Shown: positions 38,129-50,804, numbered from the stretch's first letter. The stretch is DNA of 64,000 nucleotides from Vicugna vicugna (GCA_013265495.1 MU057930.1:718298-782297); one strand, 5' to 3'. Notes: generated from the sequence alone by a model not told the origin. A program made the numbers and translations.

Positions 38129-39074
38129 ATAAAAGCTTCCTACAAAATAACGTACTTGCGCATCCTACCAGATAGTGAAATTTTTGAAAGTGCTCCCCTT
38201 AAAATCACAAACAGTTCAGGGATAACTTGATGTCATTTCTATGTGACACTGCCTAGGAGGTTCTAGCCAGTACAATCAGACCAGAACAAGAAAAAAAAAA
38301 GTGCAAGAATTGGAAAGAAAGATAATCATATTATGTGCAAGTGTCATTTTCTATATGGATGTGAACAAAACCAAAAAAAAAAAACAAAACAAAACAACCC
38401 TTTTAGATAAAGCATAGAATCAATGGCAGTTTATCAAGTTGCTGTTTATAACATCATTAACCCAAGTCAATTTCACTTCAATACACTGGCGCAAGAATAT
38501 TTAATCATATGAAAAAAAAACCATTTATACTAATAAGAAAATAAATAACATCTTTTCAATGGTTCTACCAAAAGAAACGCAAGAACAAATGAGGAAAACA
38601 ACACAGATTTAATGTCCTATTGACAGACGTAACTGAAGAATATAATTTAAGAAATGTACTATATTAAACGTTCGAAAATTTGGTAGCATAAAGATGTAGG
38701 CAGCCTCTCTTTCTTTCGCTCTCATTTTAATCATAATTATAGCAAGATTTCTTTTAAAAGCTTGGCAGCCTGACTTTAAAGGGGATGTGCAAATAGCCGA
38801 TAGTGCCAAGATAAATTTGAGGAAGGAAAGGTCTCTGTAACACATTATCATTCCATTCTGCTTGCTTTCTTCGCTGATCATATGGCCGAAGGAACGTGAC
38901 CACTCTGGTGCCCTGCACATTTTTTTCCTCAAATGGTTTGTATTGCCCTTGCGAGAAGGAAATTTTTAGAAACGTATCTCGATTCAGTAAAAAGCTATTA
39001 AGGGCTTACAGTGTGTAAGGGGCACAAGGGTTGGTCTTGGTCTTAAAGATACAAACAGGAAACTCATGTATGAG

Positions 39075-39432
39075 TCAGCTGGGGGTTCCCATAACAGAAG
39101 GTCTCAGTCCCACACTAGAAGTCCTGGAGTCTGGAATCTGAGATTACGATTAATCACTCCTTGTCTTGTAGACAGCCGTCCTCTCTGTGTCCTCTCGTGG
39201 CCAATTCTCTGCACATGTTGAGAGAGAGACACAGACAGAGAGAGACAGAGAGCTCTGGTATCGCTCCCTCTTCTTACAAAGTCACAGTCCAATGGGATCA
39301 GGGTGCTGCCTTAGGACCTCATGAGACCTCAGTTATGTCCCTAAAGGTCCCATCTCCAAATTCATCCACACATGGGGTTAGGATTTCAGCATCTGAATTT
39401 GGGTGTGGGGAGACATAATTCAGTCCGTAACG
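39075..39432 (-). mobile_element. MLT1-type LTR
   Basis: GGGGTTAGGATTTCAGCATCTGAATTTGGG...ATAATTCAGTCCGTAAC. Confidence 0.7.
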
Positions 39433-40021
39433 GCCTTACTCAGAATTATGTGTTGATTCCACGGGATGTGACAATTCCCAAAGGATCCTAAGGGAAGATC
39501 AGGGCAAGGGCCCTAAATGAGGTGTAAAGGACCAAAGGTTCAGATGGAAGCTGCCCCTAAAATATGACAACACCCCAGCTTCAGGGCACCCCTGGGTGCA
39601 TCAGGATTCCTCAGGCAATGGAGTGACCCTGTTTTGATTTTGAGTCTGGGATTATCCACCATTCGAGACCCGCCCCCTCGAGACCATTCCTGAGAGCACA
39701 TCCTTCGCAATGCACTCAAGGACGACAAGGGTGGAAGGAGGTTGGGGAGGGACAAATTAGGGATATGGGATAACCAGATACACACTACTGTACATAAAAT
39801 AGACAAACAACATGGGCCTACTGTAGAACACAGGGAACTCTATTCAATATCTTGCAATAATGTGCAATGGAAAAGAATCTCATCTATGTATCTGAATCAC
39901 TTTGCTGTACACGTGAAACCAGCAGAACATTGTAAGTCAACCATACGTCAGTAAAAAGAGCAGCAGGAGTTGACACCTTGACTCGGAGCGGCTTCCATCC
40001 CGTTTTGGGGGCTGGGGTTAC

Positions 40022-40230
40022 TGTAAGGATTTTAATGACCAGTGTTAAGGGTAGTGGTCATCTTCGTTAGTCAACAGCCACTCCCGAAGCCCTTTGGAGA
40101 ACTGGCCGACCAGTCCCAGCTCACATTTCCATGTTCTCAGATGTTTCAGCTTCCAAGACTCAATGCATTGCCAACCAGCCATTGGTTTCCTGGTACAACC
40201 ACACCCCGAGTGACTAAGCTACGCTTGGGT
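40022..40230 (-). pseudogene. EYS-like relic: LamG2 second part
   Basis: Reads TRGVVV ... KGFGSGC / FSKGLREWLLTNE (EYS: SPGVVC...GFRGCILDLQVNN). AG and GT boundaries present. Confidence 0.45.
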
Positions 40231-40259
40231 CTTTAGAGACACACCAGCCAGCCCCCCAA

Positions 40260-40738
40260 CCAAACAAGAGTGACTCTGTGACAAATGGGATGTCCGTTTC
40301 GACAACTGCAATTTTGACCAGGAGTTGCTTCTCCGTACAGATTGTCTCTGGAGGGTTAGACCCGTGTTAGAATCCACGCCCTCAGACACTGGCTGTCCTC
40401 CGAGTCCACTTACAAACGTGTTAAGGGTAGGAACCGACACCACTCCCCACGCGAAAAAGCAGAACCCAGAACTAAGGAGAATGAAGACGTGAAAATAAAA
40501 CAAACAAGAGTGACTCTGTGACAAATGGGATGTCCGTTTCTACAACTGCAATTTGGACCAGGAGATGCTTCTCCTTACAGATTGTCTCTGGAGGGTTAGA
40601 CCCGTGTTAGAATCCACGCCCTCAGACACTGGCTGTCCTCCGAGTCCACTTACAAACGTGTTAAGGGTAGGAACCGACACCACTCCCCACGCGAAAAAGC
40701 AGAACCCAGAACTAAGGAGAATGAAGACGTGAAAATAA
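40260..40738. repeat. 240-bp tandem duplication
   Basis: 40261-40498 vs 40501-40738; mismatches seen at 40301, 40315, 40325 and 40335. Confidence 0.95.
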
Positions 40739-40928
40739 CTGCTGGTGGAGATACTTCTCCACGGGATTCTGGCAAGTTTTCTGAGAAAGATGACACAGAA
40801 TTGCCTCCTTGTTGTAGGAAACTGATACATTGAAGTAACCTTCCAAGACTTGCCCATGAAGCTCCTACTTTGCCACACCCTTTGGAAATATGGAGACCTC
40901 CCTCCCTCATCCAAAAAGAGCCAGTCAT
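40579..40928 (-). pseudogene. EYS-like relic: LamG2 first exon
   Basis: aatag acceptor. Open frame DWLFLDEGGRSPYFQ...MYQFPTT...SSYFHVFILLSSG...FAWG (EYS: DAGLFFPSFNGNSYLE...IYLTIKT...KQFLHLFLVEG...YGCG). Donor candidates GTAAGT (40653) and GTAAGG (40578). Confidence 0.65.
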
Positions 40929-41039
40929 CTATTTAAATTTGAACTACCTTGAATTAGGTGAAATGAAGGTGCGCCAAAGGTGATACATTTACTTGCTTTG
41001 TTTCCACATTGAGTCATCTACATTTTGTGCGGAAAAAAA

Positions 41040-41385
41040 AGAGCATTGTTTCCCCACCAGGTTTCTAAACATCTGAATAGCATTGCTATGTCAGTAGGGC
41101 AGGTGCCGCAGCCTGCAGGCTACCTGGCTGGGATACGAGAGGGACCCTCCTTTGCTATTTCCTCATGATGCTTTTCCCTCAAGAGATGCAAGCATCTCAG
41201 CTTGTAGGTTAAATGCTGCAAAGTGGGGAATGCATCTGATGTGAAGGTTAGATCAAGTTTATGTAACCTCAGCTCTAGATTCCCCGAGGCTTGTTGTTTG
41301 AAAGCTGTTGAGTTTGCTTCATCCTCTGGGCCTTCTGGCAAATGTTGTGTGTTTTGGTCTGCTCTCTGTTTGTTACTTTTTATTG
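41040..41385 (-). pseudogene. EYS-like relic: linker plus EGF before LamG2
   Basis: GCGTCPTDIAMLFRCLETWWGNN resembles EGF NGGTC...F.C.C...W.G. Boundaries are approximate. Confidence 0.45.
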
Positions 41386-41554
41386 CTTAGAAACAAGGCT
41401 CCATGAAAAGAGATTAGACCAAATGTGTTCAGTTTTGGAATCACTCCAGCAGGTGCTAAGGAATAGAAGGGGTGGAAACAAGGAAATAGAATGGATTTCC
41501 TGTAAATTTTGTTTCTAAAAATTCTCAATGTTTTATACACACAAGTGTAGATTA

Positions 41555-41710
41555 TCATCCATCCAACCATCATCCATCCATCATCCATCATCCATCCATC
41601 CATCTATTCATCCATGCATCCAGCCATCCATCTATTCATCCATCCACCATCCATCCATCATCCATCCATCCACCCTTCCCTTTACTCATCCATTCATCCA
41701 CTCATCCTTC
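41555..41710. repeat. (TCCA)n microsatellite
   Basis: Directly visible. Confidence 0.9.
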
Positions 41711-42761
41711 TATTTCTCCACTGATTCTGTTTCTCTTTATTTGTATAGTTGCATATTTTGAGGCCAAAATTGAATTTCATGCTCCTTGTCTTCTGCCTAC
41801 CGGTGGTGGGGGTGGGGTGGAGATAGTTTAGAATGGAGAAATGCAAACACTTTTCCCCTCAGGTGAGGCAACCCGTTTGTAAATACCCTTTGGCTCCCTG
41901 AACTTCTCCTTATCCACTGTTTTGGAAAATCCACTCTGCTCTCCCCGAGGCACATATCCAGTCCCTCCCAAGACCCAGAAGAAATCCAAGATTTCTATTT
42001 AAGGAGAGTCCCTCTTCTTCAAAGGGATCTGTGGTTGTAAACAGAAGCATTGTCTTTTTTTTTTTTAATTGAATGTTTATGTTTTCATCAGACTGTCAAG
42101 GTTAGGAAAACTGGCCTTCAAATCCAACCAGCCTGGGGTTGGATTCTGGGTTTGCCTCAGGAACAAACTCATGTGACTGTTGTGAAACCAGCACAAGATA
42201 CTTCATGTCAAGAGTTTATCATAATGTTTGTTATTCAGTGCATAACCCATCATAAGCATTGCTTAACAATAAAAATAATAATACGTTTTTGATTCTTTTC
42301 CATTTCTGTAATAATAGATTTTCTTATGTTTTGTATACTGGGTGATAATAATAATCATTTTTATGTTTGCTACACTGCTTAATAATGACAAGGAAATGTT
42401 CCAATGTTTGGTAATTAGTGAATAATCAATAGTAATTCAACGTCGATTTATATATAAATTTTAATGATAAAATTTATTCATATTTCACATATTTTGGTAG
42501 TTCTGTGTGCCACCAAATAGAAACCCATCTCGTTTTGCTGAGTGTGGTAGAATTTGGTATCATTTTTTTGTAGGTGTGGGAAATGAATATTGAAAAAAAA
42601 TTATTTGTCCATTTGCAGGTAAAGCATGAAGAGTCATGAGAACATTAAATTGTATCATGATCACCCAGCAGCTGACTGAGTACATGGGTGCTCAGATCCT
42701 CTGAGCTGCCTGGCACCTCCCAGTTTTTAAGAGATTTCAGCACTTAACATAAATAATTTAC

Positions 42762-42858
42762 TTTGAGGTATGCAACTCGGGGTGTTATTTGTAACTAATC
42801 TGTGGTCTGTTTTCCCAATTTTTATCAGCCCTTTCATGTCACTAAAACCCACATGTGG
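42762..42858 (-). pseudogene. EYS-like relic: LamG1 end
   Basis: Open frame PHVGFSDMKGLIKIGKTDHRLVTNNTPSCIPQ followed by a GTAAAT donor (EYS: PVKNFTGCIEVIEIN...NNCRSQ). Confidence 0.55.
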
Positions 42859-43095
42859 CTTATGTGTGGAAATAAGGGACACTGGTTAAAGAGTTTCCAA
42901 TCCTTTTAGATAAATGCTCTGGCTTTTCAAAGGATTTTGTCATTCTTAGGTAGAAAAGAAAATTTAAAAACAGATCTTTTTTAAAAGATACGGAAAACAG
43001 CACCCAATATGCACTTATGAAATGTAAGGACACTGTGTGTTAAGCACATTTTCTTTTCAAGTTCATGGAGCCTTGAGTGTTAAAAAAAAAAAAAA

Positions 43096-43213
43096 AGGTA
43101 GACGCTATTGAGAAAAACCAATGTTGGCAGAATCGTAATGGATGTATTTGCCAAGAGGTATCTCCTCTTAGGATGTCAGCTCATTTTGACGTTGCCCTCA
43201 AAATTCTGAGCAT
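43096..43213 (-). pseudogene. EYS-like relic: LamG1 middle
   Basis: Reads ELT/ILRGDT (frameshift) ... LNSVYL (EYS: AELTILGRNT...GSVFIGG). Confidence 0.5.
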
Positions 43214-43999
43214 CTAATGAGGTTTTTTTTTCCCTTTATTGAGGTATAATTGCTATGTAACATTAGATTACTTTCAGGTGTTCAGCATAATGACTTGGTA
43301 TTTGAATATGGTGAGCCATGAGCCCACAATAAGTCTAGCTGACATCTGTCGACACTACACAGGGTTACAATCTTTTTTCGCCTTGTGATCAAGAGCCAGT
43401 ATGTTGATTTCAACAGTGAAGGAGTCATGATGGACCAACAGAAGGGCAGCTCTTCACTTAAATTTGGAGAGCAAGAGGTTTATTTCACTTCATTTTTATT
43501 TTTAAGCTTCATTCTGTTTCTAAAAACTGATAGATTTTTTTTTTTAGAGGAGTTTCGGGTTTACAGAAAAACCCAAAGCGGAAAGCACAGAGCTCCCATA
43601 TACCCTCTTCCCTCTGACGCAAGGACAATGTCTCTTATTTTTCACATCTTGCATGATTGTGATTCATGGTCTATCATTGATGAGCCAACATTGCTGCTCT
43701 GTTATTAACTAAAGTCCTAGAACTGTAATGGCAAAATTATAAACTAAAATAATAACTGAAATATTGCGGACTAAAATTTAGTTCACTAAAAGTTGACATG
43801 GACCATTCACTCTTTGTGTTGCCTAATCCTGGGGGTTCTTACAAATAGGTGATGACCTCTGTCCACCATCATAATATCTTACAGAATAGTTTCAGGGTCC
43901 TAAAGTCCCTCCCTCCCCAAGACCCCGGCCATCCGTCATGTTTTACTCTCTCTGTGGTATTTTTCTTTAATTTTTTGTGGCTTTGGTTTGTTTTGATTT

Positions 44000-44088
44000 G
44001 CTATTTTTTTAACAGAGGTACTGGGGATGGAACCCAGGACCTCCTGCATGCCAAGCATGTGCTCTGCCCCTGAGCTACACCCCTGCCC
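44000..44088 (-). mobile_element. Vic-1-type SINE
   Basis: AGAGGTACTGGGGATGGAACCCAGGACCTC...TGAGCTACACCCCTGCCCC. Confidence 0.85.
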
Positions 44089-44089
44089 C

Positions 44090-44244
44090 TCTGTGGTTTC
44101 GTCTTTGGTTTGTTTGAAAAATTTTGAATCGATACCAAAGTCCCCATGAAGTTGACGAGGGTTGTCGGAAAGCCAGTTGGAATTGTCTGGTGCATCGAGA
44201 AACACTGGTGGCATTACTGTACTCCAATGACTATATTCCTGTAA
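44090..44244 (-). pseudogene. EYS-like relic: LamG1 start
   Basis: ctccctccttggacag acceptor. Reads TGI*SLEYSN...FQLAFRQPSSTSWGLWY (EYS: YGDSYLEFQN...SLEFQTFSSYGLLLY). Truncated by a SINE at ~44088. Confidence 0.55.
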
Positions 44245-44906
44245 CTGTCCAAGGAGGGAGACTACGAAACACAGTTCTCCCTCCTTTCCTTGCGTTTGCT
44301 GGGATGGGCCAGTCCCTCCTCACTGAGCCAGACTGTGGGCTCCTTGCCCACTGTTGACATTTCTTTGCCATCGTGGCGGATGGAAAGCCTGATTCTTCCA
44401 GGATTGAGGGTCTGTTGTGCGGGCTGCCACTTACCCACGGCATCTTGAAATTGCGTGTGACTCATTTCGCTGAAGCAAAATGTCGATTGGTCCTTAATAC
44501 CCGCTTCTTTTGATTGTGGTTCTGGATGACACAGGCATTTAGAATGCAATTTCTTTCTTTTTCTTTTAATGGAAGTGAAGGTCACATAATGTATTTGGCT
44601 ATACAATACAACATATTACACAATATATAATTGTAAAGTGAGCAGTTCACGGGCATGCAGTGTAGTGACAACATGGAACCTCAATGCCCTCTACCTGATG
44701 CCAAGGCAAGTCCGTCACCCCAAAAGAAGACATCACCACCATTGGTCGGGCACTCCCCCATCCCCTTTCCTCCAGGCCCTCATCTGCTTTCTGTCTCTCT
44801 GGATGTAAGAATGGAATCCAGTTTCTCTTTGGAACCATTAACCATCGATTTGTTATGAGATAATTCCCATTTGTCTATCTGGATGGCAAAAATCAATCTC
44901 ATTTAC

Positions 44907-45852
44907 CTGATAGGAATTTGTGTTAGCAAATAGCTTGTAGGGAGAGAGAAATTGTCACGTGGGGTTATTTGTTGGTGGTCTAGACGTGGGTTAGCTAATC
45001 CTGACAACACTTGAATCTCACGGCCTGTTGATCATCTTCTCAGTGAACACGAAGACCTCTTAAGCTCAGAGAGGATCAAGCAGGTTTTTTCTCTGTAGTT
45101 TATTGGCTCACAAGTATGATGTGACTTAGATCAGCTTGGAGACACCCTTCTTGTCAGTAAGCACCCATCCGTGGGGGAGGGCCTGTTGGAAGTCACAAAT
45201 TGGAGGGGCACATCCATGGCCCCGAGATTCCTCGGGCCAAGAAGGGACTGTAAAAATCCATGATTTGAATCGTCGGGTCAACGGATAGAAGTCACAGGGT
45301 TCTGAGAGACACACTCGGGACATGGGGCTGCAGTCGATTTGGCGGGTCCCACTGTTGGGGAAGTCATTGTCTCAGTGGAGAGGACGGACGATTGCGTGGG
45401 CACTGGGTCACCTTTCTTTACTGATGTCACCAACCCAGGGTGTTGAGAAGGACCACGGAGAGATTCATTTTGGATGTCTGTACAGCGCTCAGAACTAGAG
45501 AGGAAATAGCGTTCGCTTGGAGAGGAAGGGACAAGTCTTCCAACGTGGTACAGGTTCCAGCCAACGTAGTGCCTGAATTTTGGGTCTCCGAAAATAAGAC
45601 GTCACTTGGATTCTTCCATTGGCTGGGGCTCCTGAGGCTGGACATGTTTGGGGGATTTAGATAATCTGTCTCTCGATGGTGCAGAGACAGCCTTCAAGCT
45701 GCCAATGGACGACCACCTTCTCTTTTCCCTCACTGACTCTTCTAAATTAGTGGTTGATAAAGAAGCTATGGGGTCCCCCAGGGAGGAAGGAACATTATCT
45801 ATCTGGGTATGGAAAAAAATCTCATGACTTCTATCTATATTTATTTTATCTG
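44907..45852 (-). pseudogene. EYS-like relic: large Ser/Thr/Pro-rich (mucin-like) exon
   Basis: ttttctcctgtttagcag acceptor and CAG|GTAAAT donor ~945 nt apart. S/T/P-rich fragments such as PTQSSVLSTETMTSPTVGPAKSTAAP. Same position as the large mucin-like exon of EYS, between the EGFs and LamG1. Confidence 0.6.
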
Positions 45853-46724
45853 CTAAACAGGAGAAAATAAACATTAACTAAAAATTAGCCTTACTATTAT
45901 GTCGTATGTTGACAAGTCTATCTGTACGCATGTTGAATGCGTGCTTCAAAGTTTTATAATATCGAGCATTATCCAAAAAAATAAAGTCACCACCATTTCT
46001 CTAGATTTTAGATTTCACGTCCTCACTTCCTCTTTCTGTCTCTCAGAAAACAGTTGACATTTTTTATTTTTGGCAACGTCCCTCCCGCAGCCACATGCTT
46101 TTTTTTTTTTTTTCTCTCACTGTGCAGGATTTTCGCAGTTCCATATTTTCATTTTAGTGAGGCTTTTTGGAGAAATGAGAGTCCAGCTTCCATCCCGCCC
46201 TGACCCATCTCTGCAGCGTCTACAACCGCAGAGCAAGTCGCCCGCGGTTTCATCCAGGACGTTTCATGAAGTCCTTCATTTTAATTCCACCGAGGAAGGA
46301 AAATTCAAGAAGATGGAGGAGTGAGTTCCATGAACTAGTGTCATATTATTTTCACAACTGCATCACCGTGGAAGTCTTTTCCAAACTGGGATCTTGACAT
46401 GAAGTTGATTTTCACAAACAGAAAAGTCTTTCAGATGAGCTGTCTTCCAGGGACTGAAGGACCAGGTTGAACATACAGCCCTGGACCCAGGAACACAGAT
46501 TAGGGTAGCTCTGGGGGAGGGGGTGTCAAGCCAGCCCAGGGCCTCCAGGCGGTGGCCTGCTGAGCCAGGAGCCTGAGGAGTGAGGGCTGAGACCCTGAGG
46601 TTCCTCACACACAACAGCTCCTCTCCTCGGCTACGCTGGTGGCGTTCATTTGTTCATATTGCGCTCAGATGTGCGGGGAAAATGCAGAGCGTCTAATTTT
46701 CCCAGAGGCAAGGGCTGAGGTCAG

Positions 46725-47042
46725 GTGTGTGTGCATGTGTGCACGTGCCTGGGTATGTGTGTGTGTGCTTGTGTGTGTCGGGGGGAGTGCATTCATGTGC
46801 ATGTGTATTGTGTGCCTGTGTGCACTGTGCTGGGTTTAGTGTGTGCAGGTACATGTGTGGTGTGTGTGCATGCTTGCATGTGTGGTCTGCATAGACGTAT
46901 GGCATGCTTTGTGTGCATGTAAAGTGTGTTTAGCATCGATGTGTGTATATGGTCATGTCTACACATGCTTGCAGACATGTGGAGTGGGCACGCGTGTGTG
47001 TATGCGTGCATGCATGGGGAGTGTCTGGTGTGTATGTGTGTG
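46725..47042. repeat. TG/CATG-rich alternating purine-pyrimidine tract
   Basis: Directly visible. Confidence 0.85.
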
Positions 47043-47149
47043 CTAATTGGAGGGTGATGCATAAAGGAATTAAAATTCATCCAGTGCAGTTACTGCAGTC
47101 CAGTATAAGATTCAACACCATCCCTTCAGGAAAAACGCTGTCTTTATGA

Positions 47150-47733
47150 CTTTCCCGCCATGTCCCATCCGCAGGTGACATCTGGGCTCAGAGGGAGGTG
47201 GGTGTGCCTTCCAGGCAGTGGAGCCCAGGAGCCAGCTGGTCCAGTGCTGTCCCCTGCTGTCTCAGGGCCTCCCTTCTACCCGCCAGGACGTCCCAGGAGC
47301 TGCTGGCGCTTGTGGCTGACACCGGGGGCTGGTGAGCGCCATGGTCTGGCCAAGGGTAGCCTGTGCTTCTGTCTCCAATTACCCCAGAGTTGCACCCTCT
47401 GGTGAGTCACTGCAGTACCTCCCACCCCGTCCATCCTGTCCCGTGCCCTGGCTATGGGGTCGTGCTGATCTCAGCCTCTTCCAAGTGTCTTGTCCCTCAC
47501 CATCTGCGCCATGAGGCTGGGACAGAGGCACAGACATACCCTTCCTCTGCCCAGCAAGTCTGACCACTCAAGGGCAGAGGAGAGCTGCAGATAAACTCAG
47601 AACCCAGCATTTCTCTCCGGGAGCTGAGGAACAGATTGCTGCTTTCAGCATCTGCCCTGTGGGAGGTTTTCTCCTGTTTGCAGACCCCATCTCTCTAGGA
47701 GCCAGAGCATGGCGGACCAGAGGCTGTTTCATC
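47150..47733 (-). pseudogene. EYS-like relic: multi-EGF exon(s)
   Basis: Strong acceptor ttttcttttctctccag. Degenerate EGF motifs across frames: PPCSG..DGVCKQ; KPPTGQM..AICSSAP; EFICSSPLPLSGQTC; GYVCASVP..HGADGE; RPHSQGTGQDGRGGRYCSDSPEG. The 3' boundary is uncertain (possible GTATGT donor at 47539). Confidence 0.7.
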
Positions 47734-48259
47734 CTGGAGAGAAAAGAAAAAAGGCAAAGCAGAGAAAGCAAATATTCTGCAGTCCGATGAGTTTAGATTG
47801 TAATCCTGGCTAGTTTATGGTCCTCCAGAAGTGTCTGCAGCCTCTTTCCGCCTTGGTTTCCTCTTCTGTGCAAAGCAGGGGGGTGATGTCAGCCTCCCAG
47901 GAGCAGCAAGCCTGGTGAGGGGGCCGTGCTGAGTGGGCCCTCAGGACTCACCCACATCCCATAACCATGCGAGCCGTTGGGGGCTGCCTGTGTGGGGAAC
48001 ACTGGCACAGCAGCAGATCACCGTGGGTCTCTGGGAATCTGTTCTGCAGCGAAGTCTAGCTGGCTCTACCCCAGGGGATGCTGGGCAATGTCTGGGGGTC
48101 ACAAGTGGTGCAGATGGGTGCTATTGTCATCTGAGGGATGGAGACCAGGGATACGGCTCAGCCTCCTGGAGCGCACAGAAGAGCTCCCATCACAGGGGAT
48201 GGTCTACCCCAAATGTCATTAGTGCTGAGGTTGAGAAAGCTTGCCTTTGCAGGAGAGAT

Positions 48260-48375
48260 TCTATCTGTATCTGTCCTGTCTGTCTGTCTGTCTGTCTGTC
48301 TATGTGTCCATCTGTCCATCCACCCAACCACCCAGCCAGCCAGCTAGCCAGCCAGCCATTCTATCTATCTGTCTG

Positions 48376-48409
<34 letters not shown>

Positions 48410-49040
48410 CATCCATCCATCCATCCATCCACCCAACCACCCATCCATCCATCCATCCATCCAGCCAGCCAGCCATTCTATCTATCTATCCATCCATCCA
48501 TCCACCCAACCACACATCCATCCATCCATCCCTCCTATCTATCTATCTTTCCATCCACTCAACTACCCACCAATCCACCCATCCATTCTTCCACCTATCA
48601 TTTATCTATCATCTATGTACCTATCCTCTTTTATCTGCCTATCTATTGTCTATTTCTATATCTAATCTCTTTCTGTTTTTATCGATCTAAATATGACTGA
48701 TTTAATTCTAATCAGTTCCTTCTCTCTATATATGTATATTCTTACATTCTTTTGTGTCTTTATGTTCTACACATATATAGTTGTATGATGTATCTGAATC
48801 AATGATAAAAATGTCTGTGTATTTGCATGCCCATATACATGGGTATACATGTGCACACATGTTTTTTAATCTGTATGTATGTATTATACTTGTACATGCA
48901 CATAAGTATATATGTATATATGTCCTGTGTTTGTGTCTATACAGAAAAAAATGCATGTAAAAATATATATATTTTTATACACAGATGCACACACATCTTA
49001 TATGTATGTTAATGTGAGTGTGTGTATGTGTTTGTGTGTT
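48260..49040. repeat. Compound (TCTG/TCTA/TCCA)n followed by TA/TG-rich low complexity
   Basis: Directly visible. Confidence 0.9.
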
Positions 49041-49381
49041 CTTTCTCATTTGAATCCATGTTAAAACATCCTGAGGTTTATCATTCATTAAAAAAAGGAG
49101 CAACATTGCAAAGACAAAAGGAATGTCCAAAAGTCAGTTCATTCTTTTTCTTTTCTTTTTGTTCTGTTTTTATTATTATTATTATTATTATTTTTTTTTT
49201 TTTTTTTTTTAATAGTTGACTTACCATGTTGTGTTAGCTTCTGGTGCACAGCATAGTAATTCAGTTATACATATATATTCTTTTTCATATCCTTTTCCTT
49301 GATGGTTTATTATAGGGTATTGAATATAGTTCCCTGCGCATTCCAGTAGCACCTTGTTTATTAACCAAATCAGTTCTTTAC

Positions 49382-49477
49382 CTGAACTTTGGTCCTGCTG
49401 CGTTAGGCTGCTTCTATTACATTTCTTTGTGTCTCGCACACTCCTGGGCACTCCGTACCAACACAAATCATTATCAG
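49382..49477 (-). pseudogene. EYS-like relic: 96-nt symmetric exon
   Basis: ctctcatgcag acceptor and CAG|GTAAAG donor. Open phase-1 frame DNDLCWYGVPRSVRDT (EYS: RDCWFLGVNTKIDT). Confidence 0.55.
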
Positions 49478-49894
49478 CTGCATGAGAGAATGACTAAATG
49501 GAGGGTACCTGCCATCTCTTTCCAGAGGTCTTGGCAAGAAGGCTGACCTAGTACTTCCACCGCAATCATGTTACTTGGTTGGATTTTCTCTGCGGCACGT
49601 TTTGGAAAAATGGTCTGATGATAGCTATGAACCTGTGACTAAGGAAAAAATGATTTAACACTGTGTGGCTAGAATATGCTTTAGGCTCTGGAGGAAACTC
49701 GTTAAGATGAAACTCTTCCAAAACTGGTTCTTTCTCTCTATGCAGTTAGAGAAAGCTGTCTTGATAAAATACTATTTTTTTTTTGAATTCTGACCCTGAG
49801 GAAACAAAAATATTCCCAGGAGAAAGCTTGAAGTTTGTAGTGGAGACCTTGATGCTTAAGATCCAGAGTTATAGAATGGAGAGAAGAGATGTAA

Positions 49895-50804
49895 CAGGAG
49901 CCCAGGACCAGATGAGAAAGATACTTGATCATTGCTAATTATCAGAGAAATGCAAATCAAAACTACAATGAGGTATCACTTCACACCAGTCAGAATGGCT
50001 GTCATTCAAAAGTCCACAAATGACAAATGCTGGAGAGGCTGTGGAGAAAAGGGAACCCTCCTACACTGCTGGTGAGAATGCAGTTTGGTGCAGCCATTAT
50101 GGAAAACAGTATGGAGGTTCCTTAAAAAAATGAAAAATAGAGTAACCGTATGATCCAACAATCTCGTGCCTCAGCATATACCCAGGGGAAACTCTAATCT
50201 GAAGAGACACCTGCACCCCAGTATTCACAGCAGCACTATTTACAATAGCCAAGACATGGAAACAGCCTAAATGTCCATGGAAAGATGACTGGATAAAGAA
50301 GGTGTGGTATATTTATACAATGGAATACTACTCAGCCATAAAAAAGAATAAAATAATGCCATTTGCAGCAACATGGATGGACCTGGAGATGATCATGCTA
50401 AGTGAAGTAAGTCAGACAGAGAAAGACAAATATCACAGGGTATCACTTATATGTGGAACCTAAAAAATAGTACGAATGAAGGTATTTACAAAACAGAAGC
50501 AGACTGACAGACATAGACAACAAACTTACGGTTACCGAAGGGGAAGGGTGGCAGGGAGGGATAAATTAGGAGTTTGGGGTTTGCAGATACACACTAGTGT
50601 ATACAAAATACATAAACAACTTGGACCTACTATACAGCACAGAGGACCATATTGAATAGCTTGTAATAACCTATAATGAAAAAGAATCTGAAAAAGAAGA
50701 TATATATGTATATACATATATAACTGAATCACTTTGCTGTACACCTGAAACTAACCCAACATTGCAAATCAACTATACAGAAAAAAAAAATAACCCAACA
50801 GCTC
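49895..50804 (+). mobile_element. 5'-truncated L1 (ORF2 C-terminus + 3'UTR)
   Basis: Encodes [38 protein letters not shown]; candidate TSD AAGAGATGTAA at 49884-49894 and 50805-50815. Confidence 0.9.

Noticed and set aside
40500..40835. Plus-strand frame RIHALRHW...ENEDVK after a cag acceptor-like site
   Set aside because: The minus-strand LamG2 reading fits the colinear model better; the plus frame has no recognisable homology.
46365..46453. Possible extra minus-strand exon (ccttcag...CG|GTGATG)
   Set aside because: Weak donor and no convincing EGF or EYS motif.
47933..48700. 255-aa ORF
   Set aside because: Made of a MER20 fragment and tetranucleotide microsatellites.
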